Below are positions 30,155-39,658 of a stretch of 64,000 nucleotides of DNA, piece by piece (within the stretch, counting starts at the first letter, position 1; every line of letters begins with the position of its first letter). The stretch is from a bacterium (GTDB taxonomy: Bacteria > JADJOY01), in NCBI GenBank assembly GCA_046331705.1, contig JAXLQJ010000045.1, positions 1-64,000 on the forward strand. Direction: 5' to 3'. The position numbers were made by a program, and so were the translations under genes. Below the pieces are notes generated by a model. The model was given only the letters and a program-made list of their open reading frames with translations. It did no database searches and was not told where the DNA came from.

Positions 30155-33100
30155 TCGGGCTCCTTGCGATACACGAAGCGCTGATAGAGCAGCGATACCA
30201 AGAGCAATCCGATCGCCAAGCCCAGGAACGACACGGCCCGATAGAGGCCCGTCAGGCTCGACAGGTCCCACAGGAAGACCTTGTTCACCGCCACGAACAG
30301 CACCACCAGCGCCACCCAGCGCAACGGCACGATCCCGCGCGCCACGCCGAGGAGCAGCAGCACCACCGCGTAGAGCGCCCAGGCGACCGAGGTGGTGAGA
30401 TTCCGCGCCTGCGCGAGCCGCGAGAAATCGAGCTCGATGTAGGTCCCCGCGCCGAACGCATCGGCGATCGTCAGGTTGATCCACACGAACACCACGACGA
30501 CGGCCGCCAACCCCAACGCCCCCGCGAGCCACGGCCGCGGTGACGCGTAGAGCCAGCTCCGCTCGCGGGGACGAATGCGCGCGACCTCGATCGGCGCCAG
30601 GCGGCGCGCGCTCTCGACCAGCGCCGCCGCAGGGATCCCATACGTGTAGAGGAGCCAGTTGAGCACCGGCAGATGGCCACGCGGGTGATAGCCGAGCACC
30701 GCGGCGTTGCCGCAGAGCCGCACGCAGACCGTCGCGAGGAACGCCACCGCCACGTACTTGAGCCCCACCTGGTCGAGACGCTCGAAGAGCACCATCAGCG
30801 CCACGCCCTCGAGCGCCCAGCCGATGGTGATCCACTCGCGCTCGAGCTGCATGGGGATCGCCACCGACACCAGGCCGAGCGCCACCGCGGCGAACCAGGC
30901 GAGCGACCAGCGCCGCCACCCGTCGTCGCCGGCGAACACGCGCCTGGCCCGTGACGCACCCGCGACGCTCGCGACCGCGAGCAGGAGCGGCAGCAAGCCG
31001 ATCGCTCCATCTCCCCAAGCGCGCAGCCAGGCGTCCCGCGCGGGCAGCAGCCACACCACCGGCGCCAACGCCGCCGCGCGCCACGCCGGGCGAGACGCCG
31101 CGAACCGCGCGCCCAGCACGAACGGCGCGGCGCCGAACACCACCACGGCGACGGCGTGAAACGGCAACCCGAGCCAGAGCGGCTCGGCCAGCCCGCGGCC
31201 GACACCTTGCCACGCGCCATGGACGAGCACGACCGACACCATCGCGGCGAACGCCCAGGCGCCGCGACCGGCGCGCGCCGCCGCCAGCAGCGCCAGCACG
31301 CCCAGCACGAGCGCCGCGGCGAGCGCCAACCGCGGCTGATGCGCGAGCGGCCCGACGGTCGCGAGCAGCCCCAGACCCACGTTGGCGCCGACCGCGAAGA
31401 TCGCCGCCGCGCGCTCGCCGGCGATCCACGGCTCGCCACGCCGTCCCAGGACGGCGGCCGCTTGCGCCGCGAGCGCGGTCGCGACCAAGAGCGCGATCTC
31501 GCGTGCCGCGGGAATCAGCTCGATCGCGGTCGCGAAGCGCCCCACGAAAAGCACCGTCACGAGCACCGCCACCACGGTGGCGATCCAGCTGGAGCCGGCG
31601 AGGCGGGCCTCGCGCAACGCGAGCGCCGCGAGCGCCCAGCCAATCGCCGGCACCGCCCACGGGCCGCGCGCCACGTCCCAATGCAGCAGCACGCACGCCA
31701 GCAGCACGAGCCCGTTCACCAGCACCGGCACGGCGGGCAGCGCGACCGGGCTCGAACGCGACGCGCGCAGCTCCCATTCGAGCAGCAGGTGATGGACCGC
31801 GGCGACCGCGATCCACACGCACGCGACCGTGCTCAGGCTGGTGGGGCGCACGGTCGTCGCCAGCCACACCGCGAAGAGCGAGAGCACTCCACCCACGCCG
31901 AGCAACGCGAGCCGCGGCTCTCCGTGGGCCCGCGCCAGCAACAGCGCCGCCAGGCTCAAGATCGTGCCGAACACGGCCATGGGCACCAGCGGCACGACGA
32001 GGTTGCCACGCAGCGCGATGTGGACGGCCAGCACGAACGGCGTGACCGCGCCGATCACCTGACCGATCTTCCACTGCCTGCGCTCGTCCTCGGGGACCCG
32101 ATAGCCCAACAACGCGAAGAGCAATCCGAACAGCGCGAGGATCACGAGCGCCACGAAGAAGCGCTCGGGCGTGAAACGCGCGAGCACCCAGGCCGCCTGC
32201 ATGGCGGCCGTCGCCAGCACTCCCAGCAGCCCGAGCTGAGGCCAGCGCTGGCGCAGCGCCACCATCAGCACCCCGATGTCGAGCAACATCACGTACGAGA
32301 AGAGGCCGACGGGATTGTCCTCACCGGTCGAGAGCACGAGCGGCGTGGCGAAACCGCCGACGAGCCCGAGAATCGCCACCACCAGCGAAGCCCGCCGCAC
32401 GGACAGGAGCCCGGACGCGACGGTGACCAGGGCCATGAGCGCGAACGCCGGCGCGAGCCCGATCAGCGCGTAGCGGCGATAGGCCGCCCACGCGACGGCA
32501 TAGAGCGTCGCCGCGCCAGCGCCGGCGAGCGCGTTGGCGGCGGCGGTGAGCTTGCGGCGGAAGAGTGGGCCCGACCCGACCATCGAGCCCACCCCGGCGA
32601 TGAGCCCGAGCACCACGCGCGCCTCGGGGCCGAGCCAGCCCCGGTCGATCACGGCCTTGAGCGCCGAGAACGACGCGATCACGAACGCGACGCCGCCCAG
32701 GATCGCGGCGCCGCGCACGCCCAGAAACTGTTCCAGCGACGCCGCGCTGCGCCTGGGGCGCGCGGGAGGCGGTGCGGGGCGCACCGGAGGTCCTGCCGCC
32801 ATGGGCGGCGCGGTGGGGGGCGCGGTGGGCGACGCCGTCGCCGAGGGTGCGGCGGGCGCCGGCGCTGGGCGCGCAGGCATGTCCTCGGCAGCGTGCATCC
32901 CCGCGGCGATCGCGCGCTCCGCGCCGCCGGGCCCTGCTGCGAGCGGCGGCACCGCGGGAGACGCGGCAGGGGGAGCGACGGTCGCACGTGCCTCGGCATC
33001 CCGCCGCGGTCGACGCACGGCGGCGCCGCCGTCGTGAGCGAGCTGCTCGATCGCCCGCCACGCGGCGTCGGTGGTCTTCTTGAGCTCGTCGAGCTCGCGA

Positions 33101-33171
33101 CGGGTGCGATTGCGGTCTCGCGCGAGCCAGACGACGGCGGCGGTCAGCGCGAGAACGATCAGCTCGTACAA
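30151..33171 (-). CDS. DUF2339 family large polytopic membrane protein
   Basis: Pro/Ala linker, SLEQFLG, GWLGPEARV, GLVGGFATP, KVFLWDLSSLTGLYRAVSFLGL. Confidence 0.85.
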   Translation of the reverse strand: MYELIVLALTAAVVWLARDRNRTRRELDELKKTTDAAWRAIEQLAHDGGAAVRRPRRDAEARATVAPPAASPAVPPLAAGPGGAERAIAAGMHAAEDMPARPAPAPAAPSATASPTAPPTAPPMAAGPPVRPAPPPARPRRSAASLEQFLGVRGAAILGGVAFVIASFSALKAVIDRGWLGPEARVVLGLIAGVGSMVGSGPLFRRKLTAAANALAGAGAATLYAVAWAAYRRYALIGLAPAFALMALVTVASGLLSVRRASLVVAILGLVGGFATPLVLSTGEDNPVGLFSYVMLLDIGVLMVALRQRWPQLGLLGVLATAAMQAAWVLARFTPERFFVALVILALFGLLFALLGYRVPEDERRQWKIGQVIGAVTPFVLAVHIALRGNLVVPLVPMAVFGTILSLAALLLARAHGEPRLALLGVGGVLSLFAVWLATTVRPTSLSTVACVWIAVAAVHHLLLEWELRASRSSPVALPAVPVLVNGLVLLACVLLHWDVARGPWAVPAIGWALAALALREARLAGSSWIATVVAVLVTVLFVGRFATAIELIPAAREIALLVATALAAQAAAVLGRRGEPWIAGERAAAIFAVGANVGLGLLATVGPLAHQPRLALAAALVLGVLALLAAARAGRGAWAFAAMVSVVLVHGAWQGVGRGLAEPLWLGLPFHAVAVVVFGAAPFVLGARFAASRPAWRAAALAPVVWLLPARDAWLRAWGDGAIGLLPLLLAVASVAGASRARRVFAGDDGWRRWSLAWFAAVALGLVSVAIPMQLEREWITIGWALEGVALMVLFERLDQVGLKYVAVAFLATVCVRLCGNAAVLGYHPRGHLPVLNWLLYTYGIPAAALVESARRLAPIEVARIRPRERSWLYASPRPWLAGALGLAAVVVVFVWINLTIADAFGAGTYIELDFSRLAQARNLTTSVAWALYAVVLLLLGVARGIVPLRWVALVVLFVAVNKVFLWDLSSLTGLYRAVSFLGLAIGLLLVSLLYQRFVYRKEPE

Positions 33172-33241
33172 GGATTCGTTCCGGGGAAGCGCGGGGACGG
33201 CGCCGATACTACAGCGTTTCGCGGTCGCGGTTGCGAGCGAC

Positions 33242-34318
33242 TCACGCTTCCGTGAACGGCGACGGAACCGGCTCGCCGCGGCGGAACCCTTTCCAGCCGT
33301 GCCCCTCGTACCAGCGAATGGTTTGCGCGAGCCCCGCCAGCGTGTCCGGGTAGCGGAATTCGTAGCCGCTCGCGGCGAGTCGCGCGCCGTCGAGGACGTG
33401 ACCCGTCAGCAGGTAGCGAACGCCGGTGGTCTCGAACATCGGCCGCGTGCGCGTGATGCGCGCGACGGTCTCGACCAACCACGCCGTGAGCAGCAGCAGG
33501 AAACCGGGAATGCGGATCGGCAACACGCCCACCAGACCCTTCCCGGTGATCGCGCGCGCGGCGCCGCGGATCAGCGCCGCGTTCGACGTCGGCGTGGGAT
33601 CGCACAGGTTGAACGCGAGCTGGTCGACCGAGGTGGCGTCGCGCCGCCAGCTCTCGGCGCGGTTCGCCAGATGGTGGGCCGCGTCGGCGCAGTCGGCTGC
33701 GTGGATGTGGCTCGACCCGACGTCGACGAGGCCGGGGATGCCACACAGGAAGCCGCGCTTGATGAGATAGAGCGCCTGCGCGTCGCCGTAGACGCTGCCC
33801 GGCCCGTAGACCGCGCCCGGGCGCAGCACCAGCACTCCGAGGCCATCCTTGCCGTTGTGCTGGAACGCGCGCTGCTCGGCTTCCCACTTCGAGCGGCTGT
33901 AGGCCTCGGCGGGCTCGGGCGGATCGCTCTCGCGCACCGCGCGGTTGCCGTAGCCGAAGCCGTAGATCGCGCCGGTGGAGAAGAGCACCAGCTCCGGGAC
34001 GCGGTTCGCGCGCGCCGAGGCGCACACGAAATCGGTGGCATCGGCGTTGGCGCGCACCAACTCCTCGGGCGTCGCGAAGAAATCGAACAAGCCCGCGACG
34101 TGATAGACGCGATCCACGCCGCGGAGCGGCTCGTCGAGCACGTACGGGCGGGTGAGATCGGCGGCGCGCCATTCGACCTCGCGGTAGCGCGCGTCGTCGA
34201 GGAATCCCGGCCGCCGGCGCGACACCGCGCGCACGCGCCAGCCGTCCTTCACCAGCCGATCGATCAGGTAGGGGCCGATGAAGCCGCTCGCCCCGGTGAC
34301 CAGCGCGGTATGGGTCAA
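33242..34318 (-). CDS. NAD-dependent epimerase/dehydratase (extended SDR)
   Basis: LVTGASGFIG, YSRSK (YxxxK), LRPGAVYGPG. TTG start after AAGGAG. Confidence 0.9.
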   Translation of the reverse strand: MTHTALVTGASGFIGPYLIDRLVKDGWRVRAVSRRRPGFLDDARYREVEWRAADLTRPYVLDEPLRGVDRVYHVAGLFDFFATPEELVRANADATDFVCASARANRVPELVLFSTGAIYGFGYGNRAVRESDPPEPAEAYSRSKWEAEQRAFQHNGKDGLGVLVLRPGAVYGPGSVYGDAQALYLIKRGFLCGIPGLVDVGSSHIHAADCADAAHHLANRAESWRRDATSVDQLAFNLCDPTPTSNAALIRGAARAITGKGLVGVLPIRIPGFLLLLTAWLVETVARITRTRPMFETTGVRYLLTGHVLDGARLAASGYEFRYPDTLAGLAQTIRWYEGHGWKGFRRGEPVPSPFTEA

Positions 34319-34361
34319 GCCATGCTCCTTCCGCGTCTCGTTCGTCGCACGAGCGCGCCGG

Positions 34362-36506
34362 TCAGAAGAACGAGAGCTGAAAATCGTCCTTGGTGAGCTC
34401 GACCTTGGTGTCGAGATCGGAGATCTCGATCCACGCCACGGGCGAGGCATTTCCCGGGATGAAGGAGTCGATGCGCTCCGGAAGCCCGGTCGTGGGGTCG
34501 ATCACGATTCGGATCTTCTTGATGCGGACGTTGGAGGCGCCGGTGCCGAGCGGGCTCTTGAGATCGACCTTGTCCTTGCGGGTGGTCACCAGCGTGAGCA
34601 CGGGATGCTTCTCGCCGTTGAGCTCGACCTCGCTCACCTCGCCGTAGCCCGGAGAGGTGAAGGCCTTCCAGCCTTCGACCATCGACCAGAAGTCCTGGTT
34701 GGTCACGGTCTCGCCCCACCACCAGCTCGCCGCGTCGGCCGCCTTCATCTCGACGGTCCCGAACACCTTGCGCACGCCGTTGCCGCGCGCCACCACGCGG
34801 TCCTCGTCGCCGAAGTACGCGGTCTGGATGCCGGCGGCGATGGGATCGTCGTAATTCGACTCCACCTTGTCGATGGACCAGTACACCCAGCGCGGGTCGC
34901 GGTGGAACTTGCCGGCGTAGGTGCGCGAGCCCTCGAGCTTCCGCCCGCGGTAGGTGGACGAGTACACGTGCAGCGTCGCGGTGTAGGCATCGATCGCGCT
35001 CGCCTTCGCCTCGATCGACGCGAGCAGCTCGCGCCACGCGCCATCGCCCGACTCGTCGCCCGGCCCCGCGCGGCGCGCGACGGTCGCCGGGCCGCTCACG
35101 TCCACCTTGAGCGGCCGGTCGAGCTGCGCCAGGTAGCGCTGCTCGTCGCCGGAATGGTAGTTGGAGATCGCGTACAGGAACGCGTTGAAGGTGTGCTTGC
35201 CCTTCTTGATGTTGAGACCGCCGAGCAGATCGCGGCCGATCTCGTGCACCCCCGGCACGAACTCGGGACCGTCGGTCGTGGAGTCGTCGTCCAGGTAGTA
35301 GAGCCGCTGCTCGAGCGGCAGTGTCGGCCCCATGATCACGCGCGACATGAGGGTGCCGCCGGGGCCGGTGGCGAGCTGCCACGTCTGCCCCTTGGTGACG
35401 AGGTTCTTCTCCGCGTCGCTCATGACGCCGTCGAGCGGCGGGACGTCGTGGTTGTCCTGCGTCAGGACGTGCATGCCGTGCGCCTCGTGCGAGAGATCGA
35501 GGCCGACGCGGATCTCGAGCTTCGACAGGACGCTGCCCAAGTTGATGGGCACGTCCATGAGGTTCGGCGCTTCGAGGAAATCCCGGTAGTAGATGTTGTC
35601 GACGGCGATGGGCGGCGCGTAGATGCCGAACATCAGGTGCATCGCGGTCTCGACGCGCCGGATCGCGCGCACCGGCCCCACCCGCCACGCCAACAGCTTG
35701 GAGCGAAACTCGTCCTCGCTGCGCGAGAAGCCGAGCAGCCCCCACAGGATCTGCGCGTCGGTGCGCAGCTTGAGGCGGTCGAGGAGGTTCTTCCCCGAGC
35801 CGCCGGCGTCCGTCGAGATCGAGAGGTAGTTCGGATAGGCGCGGCGATTGCCTTCGCCGTCGTCGGGAAAGCCCATCGCGAACACCGAGGTGCTGATGCG
35901 ATCGGCCTTGGGATCGAAGCTCACGTAGCTGGTCGGCGAGCGGGGCGCCTCGCCGTGTTTCATGCGCGCGACGTACGCCCAGGCCTTGTGGTGATCGACG
36001 GGATCGGCGAGCTGCACCTCGGCGTGCAGATCGACGTCCGGGAAGGCGGCCCAGGCCGTGGGCGGCGCCTTGTCGCCTGCATCGCTCACGAGAAACACCA
36101 GCTCGTCGTTCTCGTCGTAGCGCCCGCCGTCGGAATCGGCCTCGGCGAACGGCCCCTGATCGAGCACCAGGAAGCCGAACGGGTTGCGCTCGTCCATCTG
36201 GAACGGGATGGGGCTGAGCGCGCCGTCCCGAAACGCCAGCACCACGAGCTGGCCGGCCGACGAACCGACCAGCGCCGGAACGTCCTCGCCGAAGATCACG
36301 ATGCGATCGGCGCGCCGATCCAGATCCTTCGTCTCGGTCGCGGACGCCGTCGCGGGCGGCGGTGTGGCTTCGGGGGTCGCCGCGGGCTCCTGGGCGCGCG
36401 CGAGCGGATCGAGAAACGAGCAGAGCGCGAAAACGAAGAACGCACACACCAGACGAGCCACACGAGACCCAGCGCGCGCGGCGCGTGTGCCCAGCGAATC
36501 GATCAT
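34362..36506 (-). CDS. Large exported hypothetical protein, possibly with a C-terminal LolA-like domain
   Basis: Signal peptide; PIPFQMDE...DENDELVF. The C-terminal 230 aa (IDAYTATL...IVIDPTTGLPERI...ELTKDDF) has a LolA/DUF1571-like pattern. Confidence 0.7.
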   Translation of the reverse strand: MIDSLGTRAARAGSRVARLVCAFFVFALCSFLDPLARAQEPAATPEATPPPATASATETKDLDRRADRIVIFGEDVPALVGSSAGQLVVLAFRDGALSPIPFQMDERNPFGFLVLDQGPFAEADSDGGRYDENDELVFLVSDAGDKAPPTAWAAFPDVDLHAEVQLADPVDHHKAWAYVARMKHGEAPRSPTSYVSFDPKADRISTSVFAMGFPDDGEGNRRAYPNYLSISTDAGGSGKNLLDRLKLRTDAQILWGLLGFSRSEDEFRSKLLAWRVGPVRAIRRVETAMHLMFGIYAPPIAVDNIYYRDFLEAPNLMDVPINLGSVLSKLEIRVGLDLSHEAHGMHVLTQDNHDVPPLDGVMSDAEKNLVTKGQTWQLATGPGGTLMSRVIMGPTLPLEQRLYYLDDDSTTDGPEFVPGVHEIGRDLLGGLNIKKGKHTFNAFLYAISNYHSGDEQRYLAQLDRPLKVDVSGPATVARRAGPGDESGDGAWRELLASIEAKASAIDAYTATLHVYSSTYRGRKLEGSRTYAGKFHRDPRWVYWSIDKVESNYDDPIAAGIQTAYFGDEDRVVARGNGVRKVFGTVEMKAADAASWWWGETVTNQDFWSMVEGWKAFTSPGYGEVSEVELNGEKHPVLTLVTTRKDKVDLKSPLGTGASNVRIKKIRIVIDPTTGLPERIDSFIPGNASPVAWIEISDLDTKVELTKDDFQLSFF

Positions 36507-36826
36507 GGGGAGGACACCCAATGGAGGAGGCGGGGAAACGGCGCGGCAGTATCCGGAGGTGCCACGGCGATTGGCAACCAAACGACTTGTCGAGCGCGAT
36601 CGGCATGCGACGCGACGCGCCAATCCACGTCACGAAGTTGACGCGCGGAGGTCGAGGTCTTGGGCACGCGCGCCCTTCGCTCACCCGACGGGTGCGCGCC
36701 GATCGAAAGCTCCGTTCGGCCGCGCAGCCGCCCCTCTCACGTTCTTCCGCGCAAACAAAACGATTTTCGTCCCGTTACGCGACGCGGCACGAGATCTCGG
36801 TGCGCGCCGATGCGGCTCCTCCCGAC

Positions 36827-36842
36827 CGGCACGGAAACTGCT
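36827..36842 (+). promoter_or_regulatory. Sigma54 (-24/-12) promoter of the pilin gene
   Basis: CGGCACGGAAACTGCT with GG-N10-GC spacing, about 80 bp upstream of the pilin start. Confidence 0.65.
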
Positions 36843-36920
36843 CAGCCCTGGGACGACGGCGACCTCCACGAGGTGAGGCGCGTCGGCGGAACCCGACGGC
36901 GGTTCGGCAGGGAGGCCGAA

Positions 36921-37415
36921 GTGCAACTCAATCGACGACACGACTCGCGCGGCTTCACGTTGGTGGAGCTGCTGATCGTGGTCGCGATCATCGGCATCAT
37001 GGCCGCGATCGCGATCCCGCAGCTGCTCGGCTCGCGAACCAAGGCGGTCAAGGCGAAGTGCGACGAGCTGGCGCACGCGCTCGACGGCGAGCTGGTGATG
37101 GAAGCGCAGAAGGCCATGGACGTGAAGTCCGTGAACCCGGCCGCACCCGAGCCCGCGATCATGGCCATGGCGGTGGTGGCCGGGCGCCACCACGACGCGA
37201 GCCCGTGGCTCAAGAACAAGAAGCCCGCGTGCACGGACGCGAACCGCTGGGGCTACAACAACGATTGCATGTACCTGGCGCAGTACTTCCCGCAGGGCCT
37301 CAACAAATGCCAGGTGTTCTTCGATCTGAACTATCCGAACACGCCCTACATCGAGGTCGCGTACAAGAACTTCGACGGCGCGGTCACGACCTTCAAGGTC
37401 GTGTTCGACAAATGA
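36921..37415 (+). CDS. Type IV pilin-like protein
   Basis: Prepilin cleavage/methylation motif RG|FTLVELLIVVAIIGIMAAIAIP with Glu5; GGAGG RBS before GTG. Confidence 0.92.
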   Translation: MQLNRRHDSRGFTLVELLIVVAIIGIMAAIAIPQLLGSRTKAVKAKCDELAHALDGELVMEAQKAMDVKSVNPAAPEPAIMAMAVVAGRHHDASPWLKNKKPACTDANRWGYNNDCMYLAQYFPQGLNKCQVFFDLNYPNTPYIEVAYKNFDGAVTTFKVVFDK

Positions 37416-37455
37416 CCGTGACGCACCCCACGGCACTCACCGCGCGGGCCAGGCG

Positions 37456-37905
37456 ATGAACGCGCGTTCGCTGCTCGGGCTGATCGCGCTGGAGGCGGCG
37501 CTCACCGTCGCCGTGCTGCTCTACACACCACCGAGCCTGAGCCGCGTCGCGGCGGACGACTGCGATTCGGTGCGCGACGGGCTCGCCGTGCAGATCGGCA
37601 CCACGCTCGAGCTCGAGCTCCATCACGCCCGCACCGACCCGAGCGTCTCGCCCGCGGTCGCGGCGGTGCGCGGCGCGCAGCAACTCTGGGGCATCGTCCC
37701 GCCGAGCCCCAACGACTCGTCCCAACCGGCGTTCGCGATCGTGGAGAGCACCGACTTCGTGCCCATCAAGTCACGCGCCTGCACGGCGTACGTGCTCGCC
37801 GACCCGCGGCCAAACGCGACCGCCGTGGTCATTCGGCAGTTCGCGCGCGGCCAGATCGCCGAGATCGACGTGGAGCCGGGTCAACGGCTCGTCCCGCCCG
37901 CGTGA
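37456..37905 (+). CDS. Small membrane-anchored protein, possible pilin-domain paralogue
   Basis: N-terminal hydrophobic helix, two Cys, weak similarity to the upstream pilin body. Confidence 0.65.
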   Translation: MNARSLLGLIALEAALTVAVLLYTPPSLSRVAADDCDSVRDGLAVQIGTTLELELHHARTDPSVSPAVAAVRGAQQLWGIVPPSPNDSSQPAFAIVESTDFVPIKSRACTAYVLADPRPNATAVVIRQFARGQIAEIDVEPGQRLVPPA

Positions 37906-37929
37906 GCCCACGCGAGCGCGCGACCACCG

Positions 37930-39111
37930 TCACGATCCGGGCCGCAGCCGCCCCTGCTCCCACACGGCGACCGTCTTGCCGCCGTGCTCGAAGCGCGCCG
38001 ACCGATAGCCCGCGGCGGCCACGGACTTCGTGAGCTCGAGCAGGCGTGCGCGATCGGTGTCGAAGTCCGACCACCAAGGGATCTCGACGACGTAGGCATC
38101 GCCCACCGCGTGCCCGTCGAGCGTGGAGAGCACGCGCGCTGCGTCGCCGCCATCCGGTGTCGTTCCCGTCGCCCGCCAATACTGGAACGCGATCGCGGCC
38201 GCCACCACGAGCGGCATCACTCCGAACGCGATCACCTTGAGCACGCCCACTTCCTTGGGCGAGAAGCGGACCTTGAGGCGTCCGACTCGAACCGCTTCGT
38301 CGCCGCGCGAGGGCGCGGGATGCGCGGCGCGCGCGTCGCGCTCGGCTCGCGACCGGTCCGCTTCGCGCGCCTTCTCGGGGCGCGGCGCCTCGGGGAGCGC
38401 GAGCGGCTCGCGCCGTCCCACGGTCGTCGCGTCGGTGTCGAGCGCCAGCGCCACGTTCGTCACCGCGACCTCGGCGAAGGTCGCGAGCGACGAGAGCTCG
38501 CGACCGAGCTTGCGCAGCGCGCCCTGAACCTCGCGGGGCGGATTTCCGGTGGCGCCGATCTCGGTGAGCCGGCGCTCGAGCTCGAGCAGCTCGCCGCTGG
38601 CCGCCTCGAGCGCTTCACGCTCTTCGGCGGTGAAACGCTCCAGGCGGAAACCTTGCGCGCTCAGGGCGTCGACGAGCCACATCTGCAACGCGAGCGCGTC
38701 GACGAAGGTCGCCGCGACGGGCTCGAGCGCGGGCTCCTCTCGAGGCGGCGGCTCGCTCGGCAAAGCCGGCTCGTCGGCGGCTTCGGCCACCTCCGTCTCG
38801 GACACGGCGACCACGTTCAGCACGTCCGTCGGCGCGTCCTGATCCACCGCGGCTTCGGTGACTTCGGGCGCCGCCTCGCCATCGATGGGCGCGGCGGGCG
38901 GGGAGGCGAGCGGGAGCTCCTCCTCGGCGGGCGCGGAAGCAACCGGCGGCGCGCCGAGGGCTTCGAGCAACCAGGTGCGCGACAGACCCGAGATCGGAGC
39001 GAGGCGGTGGCCGCGATAGGCGAAGCGCATTCGCGGCGCGTCGCTGGTCGCGAGCATGCCGCGGCCGGCGAAAAGCGCGCGACGGTACGGGCTCAGGTCG
39101 AGCTGTGCCAC
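37930..39111 (-). CDS. Hypothetical bitopic membrane protein
   Basis: GTG after GGGAGAGG; Pro/Glu linker, helical domain, one TM, then a ~75-aa C-terminal domain. Confidence 0.7.
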   Translation of the reverse strand: MAQLDLSPYRRALFAGRGMLATSDAPRMRFAYRGHRLAPISGLSRTWLLEALGAPPVASAPAEEELPLASPPAAPIDGEAAPEVTEAAVDQDAPTDVLNVVAVSETEVAEAADEPALPSEPPPREEPALEPVAATFVDALALQMWLVDALSAQGFRLERFTAEEREALEAASGELLELERRLTEIGATGNPPREVQGALRKLGRELSSLATFAEVAVTNVALALDTDATTVGRREPLALPEAPRPEKAREADRSRAERDARAAHPAPSRGDEAVRVGRLKVRFSPKEVGVLKVIAFGVMPLVVAAAIAFQYWRATGTTPDGGDAARVLSTLDGHAVGDAYVVEIPWWSDFDTDRARLLELTKSVAAAGYRSARFEHGGKTVAVWEQGRLRPGS

Positions 39112-39584
39112 GCCTCTCCCGTCTCGTCGGCTTCCAGCCATTCGAGGCTCCGGTCCTCGCCAGCGGCGGGCGGCGGTTCCTTGCCGAAGGGCCACTCGAG
39201 CTGACCGTCACGCGTGATGGCCGCGGGCGCCGAGTAGTCGTCGATGAAGCGCTCGATCCGCTGCCGCAGCTCGTCGGGCGGATCGACGAGCTGCGCGCCG
39301 AATCCGTGCACCACCTCGGTGCCCGAGCGACGATTGAGGTACACGATCCGGACTACCGCGCGAGCCTCGCCGAGCTCGGCGCCCAGTGGCACCTCCAGGA
39401 TCACGCGGGTGTTCATCTGGAACAGCACGTCGGTCTGCACGAACGCGCCGTCGGCACTGAGCGACGTGGCGACACCCAGGTGGTACTGCGCGCCGTCGGC
39501 GCTGAAGCGGGCGCGCAACGACACCTCGCGGCGGCGATAGCGCCGCTGCGGCGAGTGCTCGAGCTTTCCGTCCTTGGTGGTCAT
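39093..39584 (-). CDS. PilZ domain protein
   Basis: QRRYRR (RxxxR), SLSADGAFV (D/NxSxxG-like), VRIVY and GFGAQL. Confidence 0.8.
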   Translation of the reverse strand: MTTKDGKLEHSPQRRYRRREVSLRARFSADGAQYHLGVATSLSADGAFVQTDVLFQMNTRVILEVPLGAELGEARAVVRIVYLNRRSGTEVVHGFGAQLVDPPDELRQRIERFIDDYSAPAAITRDGQLEWPFGKEPPPAAGEDRSLEWLEADETGEAWHSST

Positions 39585-39658
39585 GGCGCGTGTGGGTCGC
39601 GCGCCATCGTAGCCGGGCGACGTTCGGTTTTCATCCGGCGCCGGGCCATTCTGTCGGC

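Noticed and set aside
28052-32074. 1340-aa ORF as one giant protein (likewise 53340..57035, 2626..5121 and 18941..21136)
   Set aside because: Only the 3' part is protein-like. The 5' extension overlaps a real gene in another frame or on the other strand, and internal starts explain the true genes.
36780-36915. c-di-GMP or other riboswitch upstream of the pilin
   Set aside because: I could not find the GEMM core elements; the region is explained by a sigma54 promoter.
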